Assembly: GCA_043813585.1 (NCBI GenBank)
Contig: JBDRKW010000018.1
Span: 3,352-67,351 of the forward strand
Direction: 5' to 3'
Source of the DNA: Candidatus Kerfeldbacteria bacterium
Lineage (GTDB): Bacteria > Patescibacteriota > Patescibacteriia > UBA9570 > XYC2-FULL-38-9
DNA: 64,000 nucleotides
Positions 48,938 through 58,403 of the stretch are shown piece by piece. Both the position numbers and the translations under genes were made by a program. The first letter of the stretch is position 1, and every line of letters starts with the position of its first letter. The notes under the pieces were generated by a model. That model was not told where the DNA came from and made no database searches. It was given only the letters and a program-made list of their open reading frames with translations.

Positions 48938-49043
48938 AGTTATTGTTTTGACGGTGGGTAAAGAATGCGATACGCTACAACAGTTCGACACAGCATAGCA
49001 CACTTTTTACTAAAAGTCAACACTATCATCACGACAACCGCCT

Positions 49044-50042
49044 ATGAAATTACGCGCCATTGCCAAAGAAAAAGAGGTTTCGCTGTACCAGGGAACAAAT
49101 GAAGGCGGTGTGGAACAATACGTCATATCCACGCCGGAGACGCGCGACATTTGCAACGACCCGCTTGTGCTCGGGGTCGACTATACGCGCAAGCTGCAGC
49201 ATGCAACGAACCGCGCCCTGAAAGCGATGAAGGAAGCGAAGCTGATCCGGAGCGACGAGGAGAATGCGGTGGTGTTCCATATCCTGCGCGGCGGCCTGAA
49301 CTTCAACCTGCGCAATGCGCTGCATGACGCGTTCGGGTGGAACAGGCATAACAGCGGCTTCATTTCATCTCAACGTGCGAAGGATGAAAAAGGCGGATGG
49401 TACATTACTGAAAACCGGTACCAGAAAGTCCACATGCCGGACAATGCGCACATCTTCCTCGGCGACGTGGTCGCCACCGGCACCAGCCTGGAGCATGCGC
49501 TGCTGCTGTTGGTTGATATTGCAACCGACCAGAAAAAGGAGATCAGGCAGATTACCTTCTTTACCATAGGCGGCGCCAGGTCGGGAGAGATAGTAAACAA
49601 GGTCGACAAGGAATGCCGCAAGCGGTTTCCGAATTACGAAGGCAGCCAGGTCGTGTATGTCGAAGGCATCTTCGGCGTTGCGGACGAGGACTCCAAATTG
49701 CAGATCCGCCTGACCGGGACTGACCTGTTGCGGTCGGATGCCGTGCTCGCTCCGGAGTTCATCGAGTCGCAGAAGGAGAAGCTGTCATACGCGCTGGAGC
49801 GCTGTACCATTTATGACGCCGGATCGCGCGCGTTCCATATAGATGAGTACCTGAAAGATGTGCTGGAATACTGGAAACAGGTTGCCGACCTGGCGCGAAA
49901 AGGCACCACGCTTGCCGCTTACCTCAAGGAACGGTATCCGGAAGACGAACGCCTTGCTGACGCGGCATGGATAAAAGAAAACGACACCCCGGAAAAACTC
50001 CTGGATGTCGCGAATAGACAGATTAAATTACTCGACGCCTAG
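49044..50042 (+). CDS. Divergent type I phosphoribosyltransferase (UPRTase-like)
   Basis: HILRGGL and PRPP-loop-like FLGDVVATGTS. Confidence 0.65.
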   Translation: MKLRAIAKEKEVSLYQGTNEGGVEQYVISTPETRDICNDPLVLGVDYTRKLQHATNRALKAMKEAKLIRSDEENAVVFHILRGGLNFNLRNALHDAFGWNRHNSGFISSQRAKDEKGGWYITENRYQKVHMPDNAHIFLGDVVATGTSLEHALLLLVDIATDQKKEIRQITFFTIGGARSGEIVNKVDKECRKRFPNYEGSQVVYVEGIFGVADEDSKLQIRLTGTDLLRSDAVLAPEFIESQKEKLSYALERCTIYDAGSRAFHIDEYLKDVLEYWKQVADLARKGTTLAAYLKERYPEDERLADAAWIKENDTPEKLLDVANRQIKLLDA

Positions 50043-50417
50043 CACGCTTTTCACTTTTCTTGTCAGCTCGCCCAGCGACCAGTTGGCTTTAATGATGTAG
50101 TCGTCAACGCCCAGGCGCCGCGCTTCGCGTTCGCTCTCGTCCTTGATCAGGTTGGTGATGATGATGACATGCGCGTTCTTGCCGCTTTCGTCCTGCCTCA
50201 GCCTATTCAGCATCTCCAGCCCGTCCATATTCGGCATCAGGATGTCCAGCAGGATGAGGTCCGGCTTCTGGTTCATAGACATATCCAAACCCTGTACCCC
50301 GTCCTTTGCCTGTAATATCGTAAATCCTTCCCGGCTTAATTTCTCTGTGCTCGCCTCAAGAATAAATGGATCGTCTTCCACAATGAGAATGGTTGGTTTT
50401 TTTTCGTCTGGTGACAT
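50028..50417 (-). CDS. Single-domain response regulator
   Basis: ILIVEDD, DLILLDILMP.MDG, YIIK. Confidence 0.93.
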   Translation of the reverse strand: MSPDEKKPTILIVEDDPFILEASTEKLSREGFTILQAKDGVQGLDMSMNQKPDLILLDILMPNMDGLEMLNRLRQDESGKNAHVIIITNLIKDESEREARRLGVDDYIIKANWSLGELTRKVKSVLGVE

Positions 50418-50438
50418 AGAGTGCGATATTAATATTGT

Positions 50439-52736
50439 TTAGGCGAGCTCTGTTGTTCCTTCCCGGTCAATCATGCCGGTTAAAGGGATTGTAACATAAA
50501 ATGTGGTTCCTTTGTTTTCAACAGAATCAAACTCCAGTGTACCGCCGGTTGTATTCATGATCATTTTGGCTATATAGAGCCCCAGGCCCGTGCCCGACGG
50601 GTCAAATGCCGCCGCATTATCAGCGCGGAAAAATTTCTCGAATACCCGCGTCTGCAGTCCGCGCGGAATTCCGATGCCTTTATCGGAAACACTGATAACG
50701 AAGCCGCCGGCATTCTTTTCCAGCTTAACACTTACGCTGCAGCCGTCGGTTGGCGAATAATGGATGGCATTCGCAACAAGGTTAAAGACCACCTGGTGCA
50801 GCAGCACCTCATCAATCTCGGCCTTCGGCAATTTTTTCTTCGGCTTGCTGAACCGCACGGAACATTTCTTTTCCTTCGCCATGCCCTTCAGCTCTGACAG
50901 GATTTCCTGTATGAACGATTCAAGCTGGACCGGTTCCGGCGTCACTTTTATGGTGCCTGCTTCCAGGCGGGCAACATTGAGCAGCTCGTTGACAAGCCGG
51001 ATCACACGGTCGCTTCCCATATTGATCACATCAGTGTAGTGCTTCTGCTTCCTGTTGAGAGGGCCGGTTTGTTTGTCTGCCAGCAGCTCGGTGAACATCT
51101 TAATCGTAGACAGCGGGGTGCGCAGCTGGTGCGAGGCGATCGCGATAAACTCGCTCTTCATGCGGTCGATCTCCTTTTCCTTCGTAATATCGCGGAAGAC
51201 GAAAATTGCGCCGACCGTCTCGCCGGATTGTACGACCGGAGCGATGGACAGGTGAGCGGGGAACGTAGACTTATCGCTGGTTTCCATGCGCAGGGACGTT
51301 GTGGAAAGCATGACGCCTTTGCGCAGGACCTGGTGTATCGGGTGCTCGGATGGCTGTATCGGCTTGCCATCTTCACTGCGTAGCCTCATGTGGCGGGTGA
51401 TCTGCTTACCGATGCATTTTTTGATATCGGCGCACAGCAGTTCGCCGGCTGCATGGTTGATCAGCAAGATTCTCCCTTTATCATCTGTCGCGATCAGGCC
51501 TTCACCCATGCTCATAATGATGGTCTCCATCTTTGCCTTCTCCGACTCAATACGCGTTTTTGCCTGGTCGAGCATCTTCGTGCGGTCCCACACGCGCTCT
51601 TCCATTGTTTCGTATGATGTTTGCAGCTTTGCCGCCATGTTGTTGAATGACTGCGCGAACTGGCCGAACTCATCCCTGGAATGCACCTCGACGCGCCGTG
51701 ACAGGTTGCCTTCGCTGATCTCGTTTGCCACTTGCGCCAGACGGCTGAAGCGGATGGTCAGCAGCCGGCTCAGCAGGAATGCCATGACGAATGCAAACAA
51801 TATTATAAGCGTGACAATGAGGAAAATCGTTTCGCGCATCGTCTGCAGTCCGGCCAGCGCCTCATTTTCGCTGATTTCCACCATGAGGGTCCAGCCGTTC
51901 GGGAGGCAGGCAGATGCGCCTACAACCGGTATACCCATGCTGTTGGCATACACGCCCCGCATATCGCGGCCCAGGGAGCACTCTGCAACAGGGACGGTTT
52001 CGATGGCGCGTTCCAGGATGCCGTTTTCAAGCGACGGCATATCAGAGATTAGGCGACCCTCGCTGTTGGCAAGGTAGATAGCCAGCGTCTGGCGGCGATT
52101 GCGCGCGCTGGTTTCTTTCCCCAGCTCCTTAAGCCGTTCGCCGGACAGCACTTTGTTCAGTTCATCAAGCGCGATATAGTTGGCGATCACGCCGATGTGT
52201 TCGCCTGTGACTTTGTCCGTCAGCGGGGCGGATACAACCATCGAGGGTTCGGCAAAGCCGAAGTGGTCGAGGTAGGCGATGTCCCCGGTGTATGCGGTTC
52301 CATAATCAGCATCCCGCGATGCAGTGAAGCCGGCATGCGTATCTCCCCTGCGGGATAATTCATTCTTGTCTGTCGAGGCGATCACGTTGCCACTGCGGTT
52401 AAACACGTTGATGCCGTAGATGGTTGTTGTGAGCGACTGTTTGTTGTCAATAAGGTGGTTGCTTAACGCGGCTGCCGTTTTTTCATCGCCTTGATGGATT
52501 TGGCCAACGCTGTCGCGGATAAACCCGTCAGATGAAAAATCGACCGCTCGCTTTTCCGCGCTGTTCATAAATTCCAGCACGTAGCCGGCCTCTGTTTCGG
52601 CCGTCAGCTCCAGGTCATGCAGGATCTGTTCGGTCAGATTGGTGCGCGCGGTCTGGTAATTTAAATAACTGTTCGCGAGCGTCGGGATCGTGACCAGGAC
52701 GATGATGTAGATGAGTATCTTTCCTCCCAAATTCAT
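50439..52736 (-). CDS. Sensor histidine kinase (dCache-HAMP-PAS-HisKA-HATPase)
   Basis: Two TMs, HAMP DEFG, SHQLRTPL, N/G1/F/G2 boxes. Confidence 0.94.
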   Translation of the reverse strand: MNLGGKILIYIIVLVTIPTLANSYLNYQTARTNLTEQILHDLELTAETEAGYVLEFMNSAEKRAVDFSSDGFIRDSVGQIHQGDEKTAAALSNHLIDNKQSLTTTIYGINVFNRSGNVIASTDKNELSRRGDTHAGFTASRDADYGTAYTGDIAYLDHFGFAEPSMVVSAPLTDKVTGEHIGVIANYIALDELNKVLSGERLKELGKETSARNRRQTLAIYLANSEGRLISDMPSLENGILERAIETVPVAECSLGRDMRGVYANSMGIPVVGASACLPNGWTLMVEISENEALAGLQTMRETIFLIVTLIILFAFVMAFLLSRLLTIRFSRLAQVANEISEGNLSRRVEVHSRDEFGQFAQSFNNMAAKLQTSYETMEERVWDRTKMLDQAKTRIESEKAKMETIIMSMGEGLIATDDKGRILLINHAAGELLCADIKKCIGKQITRHMRLRSEDGKPIQPSEHPIHQVLRKGVMLSTTSLRMETSDKSTFPAHLSIAPVVQSGETVGAIFVFRDITKEKEIDRMKSEFIAIASHQLRTPLSTIKMFTELLADKQTGPLNRKQKHYTDVINMGSDRVIRLVNELLNVARLEAGTIKVTPEPVQLESFIQEILSELKGMAKEKKCSVRFSKPKKKLPKAEIDEVLLHQVVFNLVANAIHYSPTDGCSVSVKLEKNAGGFVISVSDKGIGIPRGLQTRVFEKFFRADNAAAFDPSGTGLGLYIAKMIMNTTGGTLEFDSVENKGTTFYVTIPLTGMIDREGTTELA

Positions 52737-52790
52737 ATCCGATCCATTATAGCAAAAAAGACGCGTTCAGCGCATCTTTTTGCCTAGCTA

Positions 52791-52861
52791 TCGGGCTGCC
52801 GAGAGTCGAACTCGGGCTGCACCCACCCCATGGGCGCGTACTACCATTATACTACAGCCCG
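52791..52861 (-). tRNA. tRNA-Pro(GGG)
   Basis: CGCCC-AT-GGG-GT-GGGTG. Confidence 0.9.
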
Positions 52862-52867
52862 CTGTGC

Positions 52868-54208
52868 CTATTCCGGCAACAGAGACTTTCCTCTATATTT
52901 CATCTGTTTCAGAAACGCAAGCTCTTCTTCGGTTGGGGTATGGTTCTGGATGTCGCGTTTGAACGGACGCCGTTCCACGCCGAGTTTCTGCATTTCGATA
53001 TCAGTCAATGCCGCAAGTGAATCATCCGTATTGCCCAGCGCGCCGTTATAGATGCGCGCAAGATATTCATTGACGAAACGATAGACATCGGTTCTTCGGA
53101 TCATTGCCGCAGGATCATCCCCTTCCTTTTCCATGATTGCAGGATCGTAGCGCTCCAGAATGGCATCCGCAACCGTTTCGATTTCGGATTCTTCAATGCG
53201 ATACTTCCCCGTCAGGTCCATAATGAGTTTGACGATATTCACGCCGTACGCAGTTTCACCGATGGGCTGCTCCTGGTATCGCTCATGGTTATTTTTCAAC
53301 GCCATAATGAGACAGTCCCGCCCAGACGGACCTTCGTACCCTTCCTTCTGGAATCCGTTGTCGTAAAACCAATGGAGTGCCTCATGGGGGAGCGAGTTCG
53401 CAGTGAGCGCATACTTTTCCGCAGTGTTAATACGGTAGTTTTGAATTCGTTTTCGGAGTTCATCAGCGTGCTGTACCAACCATTCCTTTGGAATGTCTGC
53501 AAGTTCGCCGCCGTGCAGGCCTTCATACTGCTCGTAGATTGCCGCCCGCTTTTGTTCATAGAGAGAACGATCGCCGGTCTGGTCGAGTTCGGCCTTGATT
53601 GCCTGCATCTGTTCACTCAACAGCGCAGAAATTGCTTCGTCAAAAATGTAACGCGAAAGATGCGCGCGCTGGTCATCGGCAGAAAGCTCGTGGACCAGGA
53701 TCGACTTGGATTCAATATCATAAAATGCAACGCCGGAAAACAAACCTGCATCAAAAAAGTTGAGCCGGTTGATTGTCGGACGGCCGGGCTCTTCCCTGTA
53801 CTCGCCGCGTTCGCGCGCCGTTTCGATGTTGTTATGGAGCAGGCGGGGGTCGGGGTTGAAGTAATCGTATTTCTGGGTGAGCGGCACAGTCTGGATCACC
53901 AGCGGTTGTTCAATAAACGTGCAGGGAGCGAGTTTATCGCTGATCTCCTTCTCGGTTGGGACGATCCGCTGCTGTTCAAAGCTGTCGAGCTGTGCCGTGA
54001 ATTCCACAAGGATCTCCTGGTATGCGGCTTCCAGTTCAGGGCCGGGCGCTTCTTCGGCTTCTGCGCCGTGCGGCACGGCAACATCAACACCTGTTGCGAG
54101 AGAGAGTCCGAGCGCCGCTTCAGCAGAACGCCGCAAAAACCACCGCCTGCTGTAATCGGGTGTTTCCTGTTCCCTTTGCTTTGGGGGCTTTTTTTCCGGG
54201 TCTTCCAT
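52868..54208 (-). CDS. Hypothetical protein with twin-arginine-like signal and HExxH motif
   Basis: SRRWFLRRSAEAALGLSLA; HEALH; downstream NEYLA. Confidence 0.75.
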   Translation of the reverse strand: MEDPEKKPPKQREQETPDYSRRWFLRRSAEAALGLSLATGVDVAVPHGAEAEEAPGPELEAAYQEILVEFTAQLDSFEQQRIVPTEKEISDKLAPCTFIEQPLVIQTVPLTQKYDYFNPDPRLLHNNIETARERGEYREEPGRPTINRLNFFDAGLFSGVAFYDIESKSILVHELSADDQRAHLSRYIFDEAISALLSEQMQAIKAELDQTGDRSLYEQKRAAIYEQYEGLHGGELADIPKEWLVQHADELRKRIQNYRINTAEKYALTANSLPHEALHWFYDNGFQKEGYEGPSGRDCLIMALKNNHERYQEQPIGETAYGVNIVKLIMDLTGKYRIEESEIETVADAILERYDPAIMEKEGDDPAAMIRRTDVYRFVNEYLARIYNGALGNTDDSLAALTDIEMQKLGVERRPFKRDIQNHTPTEEELAFLKQMKYRGKSLLPE

Positions 54209-54274
54209 ACCAGAACAGTATAGCAGGATGGCTATTTCTGCAAAGAAAAGCTAAGAATGTTGTATTCTGCATTG

Positions 54275-54345
54275 TCGGGCTGCCGAGAATCGAACTCGGG
54301 CTACACCCACCCGAGGGGCGCGTACTACCTTTATACTACAGCCCG
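54275..54345 (-). tRNA. tRNA-Pro(CGG)
   Basis: CGCCC-CT-CGG-GT-GGGTG. Confidence 0.9.
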
Positions 54346-54371
54346 TTTACGGGGCCGAAGCCCCGAAAACG

Positions 54372-54896
54372 CTATATTCGTTTGATGGCCTTGAGGAATG
54401 CCCAGGCCAGTATACCACCGCCCAGCGCGGTTGCAAGCTGCGGCCAGGAGAGGATTTGCGCGACGGTCGGGGCGAGTTCTGACTTGAGCAGCAGGCCGGT
54501 CACGACAGAACTGGTGAGGAACAGAAACAGGAATTTGACTGCGCTTGCAGAGATCATTCCAAGCCAGAAGTTGCGTTCGCGGAGGTAGCCGAAAATCACC
54601 ACCATGATCGCGTTGCTGATCATGATAAACGGGATCATGGGTGCGAGCGGCGCAGGAAGGAGGCCGACAGAGAGGGCGATAACGCTTGGGATGAGGCCGA
54701 CCATGATGCCCCAGCGCACGCCGAGGATGGCCGTGGCAATGAACAAGACCGCATTCACGATCGGGCCGGTGATGAACTGGTTGCCAATCATCGGTGCGAG
54801 CGTCGCGATGCCTACGAGCGCAGCAAACTGAATAATGGCTCTTATTGCTTCTTTGCCGAGCACTGCCGGCTTGGCCTGTACCTGTGCTTTTTCCAT
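54372..54896 (-). CDS. ECF transporter S-component-like membrane protein
   Basis: About 6 TMs; Q.ITG.IVNA.L, IPFI..SN, SWPQL.TAL.GG. Confidence 0.75.
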   Translation of the reverse strand: MEKAQVQAKPAVLGKEAIRAIIQFAALVGIATLAPMIGNQFITGPIVNAVLFIATAILGVRWGIMVGLIPSVIALSVGLLPAPLAPMIPFIMISNAIMVVIFGYLRERNFWLGMISASAVKFLFLFLTSSVVTGLLLKSELAPTVAQILSWPQLATALGGGILAWAFLKAIKRI

Positions 54897-54900
54897 AGTG

Positions 54901-56628
54901 TTACAATTTTACTTCTCTTTTCTTTTTCTTATACGTCGTGTGGAAGATTTTGTGCACAAGCTCCTCGTCATAAAGGAACTCGTCATACGCTTGCTTTACA
55001 AGCGGGTTTAAATGGGCGACGCGGATTTTCGCATCCGTATCAATCTGGTACAGGCTTTCTGCGCGTTTCTTCCGGATCTCTGCCGTTGTCGGAACCGGCT
55101 GGCCGCCGCCTCCGATGCAGCCGCCCGGACACGCCATCACTTCCACGTAATGGTAGGCGTCCGGCTCTTTCTTCAGACGTTCCAGCATTTTAATCGCGTT
55201 GCCGTTGCGATTGATTACCGCGGTTTTCACTTTCAGCCCTTCTATATCTATAACTGCTTCTTTGCATTCTTCCATGCCGCGGACCGCCTTCACTTCCAGT
55301 TTCGGCATCTCTTTTCCGGTGATCATGTAATACGCCTCGCGCAAAGCGGATTCCATCACTCCGCCGGACGCGCCATACAGCACGCCGGATCCGGTCGGGT
55401 CGCCCAGCAGCGAATCCGCCTCTTCCGGCTCCAGCTTATCCAGTTCGATTTTATGCTTGCGGAGCAGGTGGGCGAGTTCGCGCGTTGTTAATACGTAGTC
55501 CACCGGCGGCATGCCGTCAATTTGTATTTCTGGCCGCGTAATATCGTATTTCTTTGCCGTGCACGGCATGATCGACACGACGACAATGTCTTTCGGGTCA
55601 ATGTTGTTCTTCTTGGCCCAGTAGGTCTTGGTTAGGCCGCCGCCCATGATATGGGGCGCGCGGGCCGACGTCAGGTTCGGGATGAATTCCGGATAGTTGA
55701 ATTCAATAAATTTCACCCATGCCGGGCAGCACGCCGTAAACATCGGCAGTACGCCGTTATTCTTGATTCGATGCACCAGTTCCTTTGCTTCTTCAATCGT
55801 GGTGAAGTCCGCCGCATGCGCCGTATCCATGACCACATCAACGCCTTCAATTTTCCGGATTGCGGCAACCAGCTGGCCAGTGACGATCGAACCGTGTTCC
55901 AGCCCGAACTCCTCGCCAATGCTGGTGCGGATGGACGGGGCAAAGTGCACGACAATCGTCTTGTTCTTATCCGCAAGAAAGGCCTCCACCTCTTCAAACT
56001 CCCCCGCTGCTTCAATCGCGCCCACCGGGCAGTGCACAATGCACTGGCCGCAGTAGATGCAGTCGCGCTTTGGGTCTTTGGTGGGCACCACTTCCGTAAT
56101 ATCATTGGGTTGGTCTTCCAGCTCGTAAAAACAGACGCCCTGCTTTTCGCAGACCTCGATGCAGTTCTTACAGTCGATGCATTTCCTGCTGTCGAACACG
56201 ATCGACGGGCCGAATTCGTACACCGGCATATCCTTTTTTCGGTCCACAAACTGGTTGATGTTGGCCTTGCAGGTGCGCGACATCTCGAGGAGCGAGCACT
56301 TCGCGTGGTAGATGCAGTCGTAGCACTCTTCCTCATGCTGGGAGAACAACAGTTCCAAATTCGCCTTGCGCGCGCGGGCGATATCCGGCGTTTCCGTGGT
56401 GACGACCATGCCGTCTGCGGCCTTGGTTGCGCAGGAGGCCTGCATTCCTTTCTGCCCTTCAATTTCTACCATGCAAAGCCGGCAGCTTGCGGAGATCGTC
56501 AGGTCCGGGTGGTTGCAGAGCGCGGGGATATAAATATCATTTGCCGTGGCGACTTCCAGAATCGTCTGGCCCTCTTCCGCCGCAACCTTGGTTCCGTTGA
56601 TGGTTAGGGAGATTTGCTTATTGCTCAT
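54901..56628 (-). CDS. hydA: [FeFe]-hydrogenase group A catalytic subunit
   Basis: 2Fe-2S, His-ligated 4Fe-4S and 2x4Fe-4S domains; H-cluster motifs TACCPAW, MPCTAKKYD, EVMACPGGCIGGGGQP. Confidence 0.92.
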   Translation of the reverse strand: MSNKQISLTINGTKVAAEEGQTILEVATANDIYIPALCNHPDLTISASCRLCMVEIEGQKGMQASCATKAADGMVVTTETPDIARARKANLELLFSQHEEECYDCIYHAKCSLLEMSRTCKANINQFVDRKKDMPVYEFGPSIVFDSRKCIDCKNCIEVCEKQGVCFYELEDQPNDITEVVPTKDPKRDCIYCGQCIVHCPVGAIEAAGEFEEVEAFLADKNKTIVVHFAPSIRTSIGEEFGLEHGSIVTGQLVAAIRKIEGVDVVMDTAHAADFTTIEEAKELVHRIKNNGVLPMFTACCPAWVKFIEFNYPEFIPNLTSARAPHIMGGGLTKTYWAKKNNIDPKDIVVVSIMPCTAKKYDITRPEIQIDGMPPVDYVLTTRELAHLLRKHKIELDKLEPEEADSLLGDPTGSGVLYGASGGVMESALREAYYMITGKEMPKLEVKAVRGMEECKEAVIDIEGLKVKTAVINRNGNAIKMLERLKKEPDAYHYVEVMACPGGCIGGGGQPVPTTAEIRKKRAESLYQIDTDAKIRVAHLNPLVKQAYDEFLYDEELVHKIFHTTYKKKKREVKL

Positions 56629-57613
56629 GGTAGATTTTCGTTACATAGCTCTTAAACGGCGTGACTGCGCTGCGGCCGAGCGCGCAGAAGCTGGTCTGCT
56701 CCAGCGCGAACATGATGGCGTCAAACTTTTCCTGTTCAATCTTTCTGTTGTCGATCATCACGCGCAGGCGCTGCAGCCCTTCCCGGCACGGCGTGCATTT
56801 GTCGCAGTTGCCGCGCTGGAAAAAATCTACCCAGGTCTGCATCACCTGCCACGGGTCATGCGACCCCATGTCGTAGATGATCAGCGCCGCGGCTCCGCAG
56901 ACGCCCTGCTTCAGTTCATCCGCGAGCAGTATGTCGCCGCACGCGCCGCCGCCCATCTGCACAAAGAAATCCTTTTCCGGCCAGTTGCCCGTTTGCTTCA
57001 AAATATCTTCGATCGAAATCGTATTCGGCAGTTCGAAGACCCCTTCATTCTTCACGGCGCCGCTGATGGAGTACATGCGCGTGTCTTCGTATTCGTCTTT
57101 TGACACCTTCGAAATATAGTAGAACGTCTCCAGGTTGTTGATCAGCGTCGGTTTGCCAAAGACGCCAGCCTCGCCAGGATACGGCGGCTTTAACCGCGGT
57201 TCCGGACGCTTGCCCTCAATGCCGTTGCACAGCGCCGTCTCTTCCCCGGCGATATACCCGCCGGGCTCCTCGAACACGGTAATCGGCGCGCTGCCGATAA
57301 TCTTCCCCAGCTTCTTTTTAAATTTCTTAAAATAATCCTTCCTTAAATAAATGTACGCTTCGCTGTTTGGGAACGTTTCCAGCGCGACCTTCACGCCGTT
57401 GACCAGCTCTTCCGGATAGTTCTCCAGGATATACCCGTCTTTAAACACCCCCAGTTCGCCTTCCGAGCCGTTGCAGACGATATAGGTTTTATCTGCTTTC
57501 TCAGAAAAAGAGAGGGTAATTTCCCACTTTTTCCCTGCGGGGAACCCTGCGCCCCCACGGCCCAATAGATTCACGCTATTGAGCTTATCGATGATGGTTT
57601 TTGTTGTTGTCAT
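56618..57613 (-). CDS. Truncated NuoF/HydB-like flavin/NADH-binding subunit
   Basis: GRGGAGFP.G.KW, YIAGEETAL, PR.KPPYP, NNLET, CDKCTPCREG...C. Confidence 0.88.
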   Translation of the reverse strand: MTTTKTIIDKLNSVNLLGRGGAGFPAGKKWEITLSFSEKADKTYIVCNGSEGELGVFKDGYILENYPEELVNGVKVALETFPNSEAYIYLRKDYFKKFKKKLGKIIGSAPITVFEEPGGYIAGEETALCNGIEGKRPEPRLKPPYPGEAGVFGKPTLINNLETFYYISKVSKDEYEDTRMYSISGAVKNEGVFELPNTISIEDILKQTGNWPEKDFFVQMGGGACGDILLADELKQGVCGAAALIIYDMGSHDPWQVMQTWVDFFQRGNCDKCTPCREGLQRLRVMIDNRKIEQEKFDAIMFALEQTSFCALGRSAVTPFKSYVTKIYHEQ

Positions 57614-57693
57614 ACGCTACAGATTATTACACAAAAACGGCGTTTTGCGAAGATTCGCGCAAATGCTCCGTTTATTGCGTTATTGGAGCGTTG

Positions 57694-58194
57694 TTAGTCA
57701 AAGAAAACAGGAACTTCGTATGCGTCATCGTTTTCCGGCAGGCCGGAGGGGTTGTCTTTCTGCAGAATTAGCGCGCCGTTGTCCTTCACCGTCGGCTTGG
57801 TGAAGTCGATCGTTGCCGTGAACGGCACGTAATCCTCGGTCATCCATTCGCCCTGCGTAGTCGCGATGCCCTGTGCGATGATCAGTCCGTCCCAGTCAAC
57901 CAGCACCACGGGGAACGACCCTTCAAAATACCAGGTGCCGCGCGCTTCGCCGGTAACGGTCAGCGGGCTTTCGACCCTGCCATTCGGGAGCGGCGAGGTG
58001 AGTTTGACCAGGTCGTTATACGTCGCATCTTCTTCCACCGCTTCCACATTCGTATTGCTGTTGTCCAGCGCGGTGTTCTGTTCCTGAGGCTGCTGCTGGT
58101 TTTCCTGCTCCGGAGCAGAGAGGAGATAAGACAGAACAAAGATCCCGGCCAGCACGAGGACGCGCACTGCCGCGACCAGAACTCCTTTTTTCAT
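57694..58194 (-). CDS. Membrane-anchored Gmad2 Ig-like domain protein
   Basis: SPL.VTGEARGTWYFEGSFPV, WMTED.VPF, KDNPSGLPE. Confidence 0.85.
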   Translation of the reverse strand: MKKGVLVAAVRVLVLAGIFVLSYLLSAPEQENQQQPQEQNTALDNSNTNVEAVEEDATYNDLVKLTSPLPNGRVESPLTVTGEARGTWYFEGSFPVVLVDWDGLIIAQGIATTQGEWMTEDYVPFTATIDFTKPTVKDNGALILQKDNPSGLPENDDAYEVPVFFD

Positions 58195-58247
58195 CTGGTG
58201 TGTTTACGGGTAAAGTGAATATAGTATACACCTTTCCGTTTGTTCTG

Positions 58248-58320
58248 TCGGGGCGGTGAGAATCGAACTCACGATCTCCTGGTCCCAAACCAGGCGCCTT
58301 AGCCGCTGGGCTACGCCCCG
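58248..58320 (-). tRNA. tRNA-Pro(TGG)
   Basis: CCTGG-TT-TGG-GA-CCAGG. Confidence 0.93.
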
Positions 58321-58403
58321 TTTTTTAGCTGTACTATCCTACACGACGCGGATAAATTAATCAAGGTTGATTTTATAGCATCAGGCGTGTACGATCTACA
58401 CAT

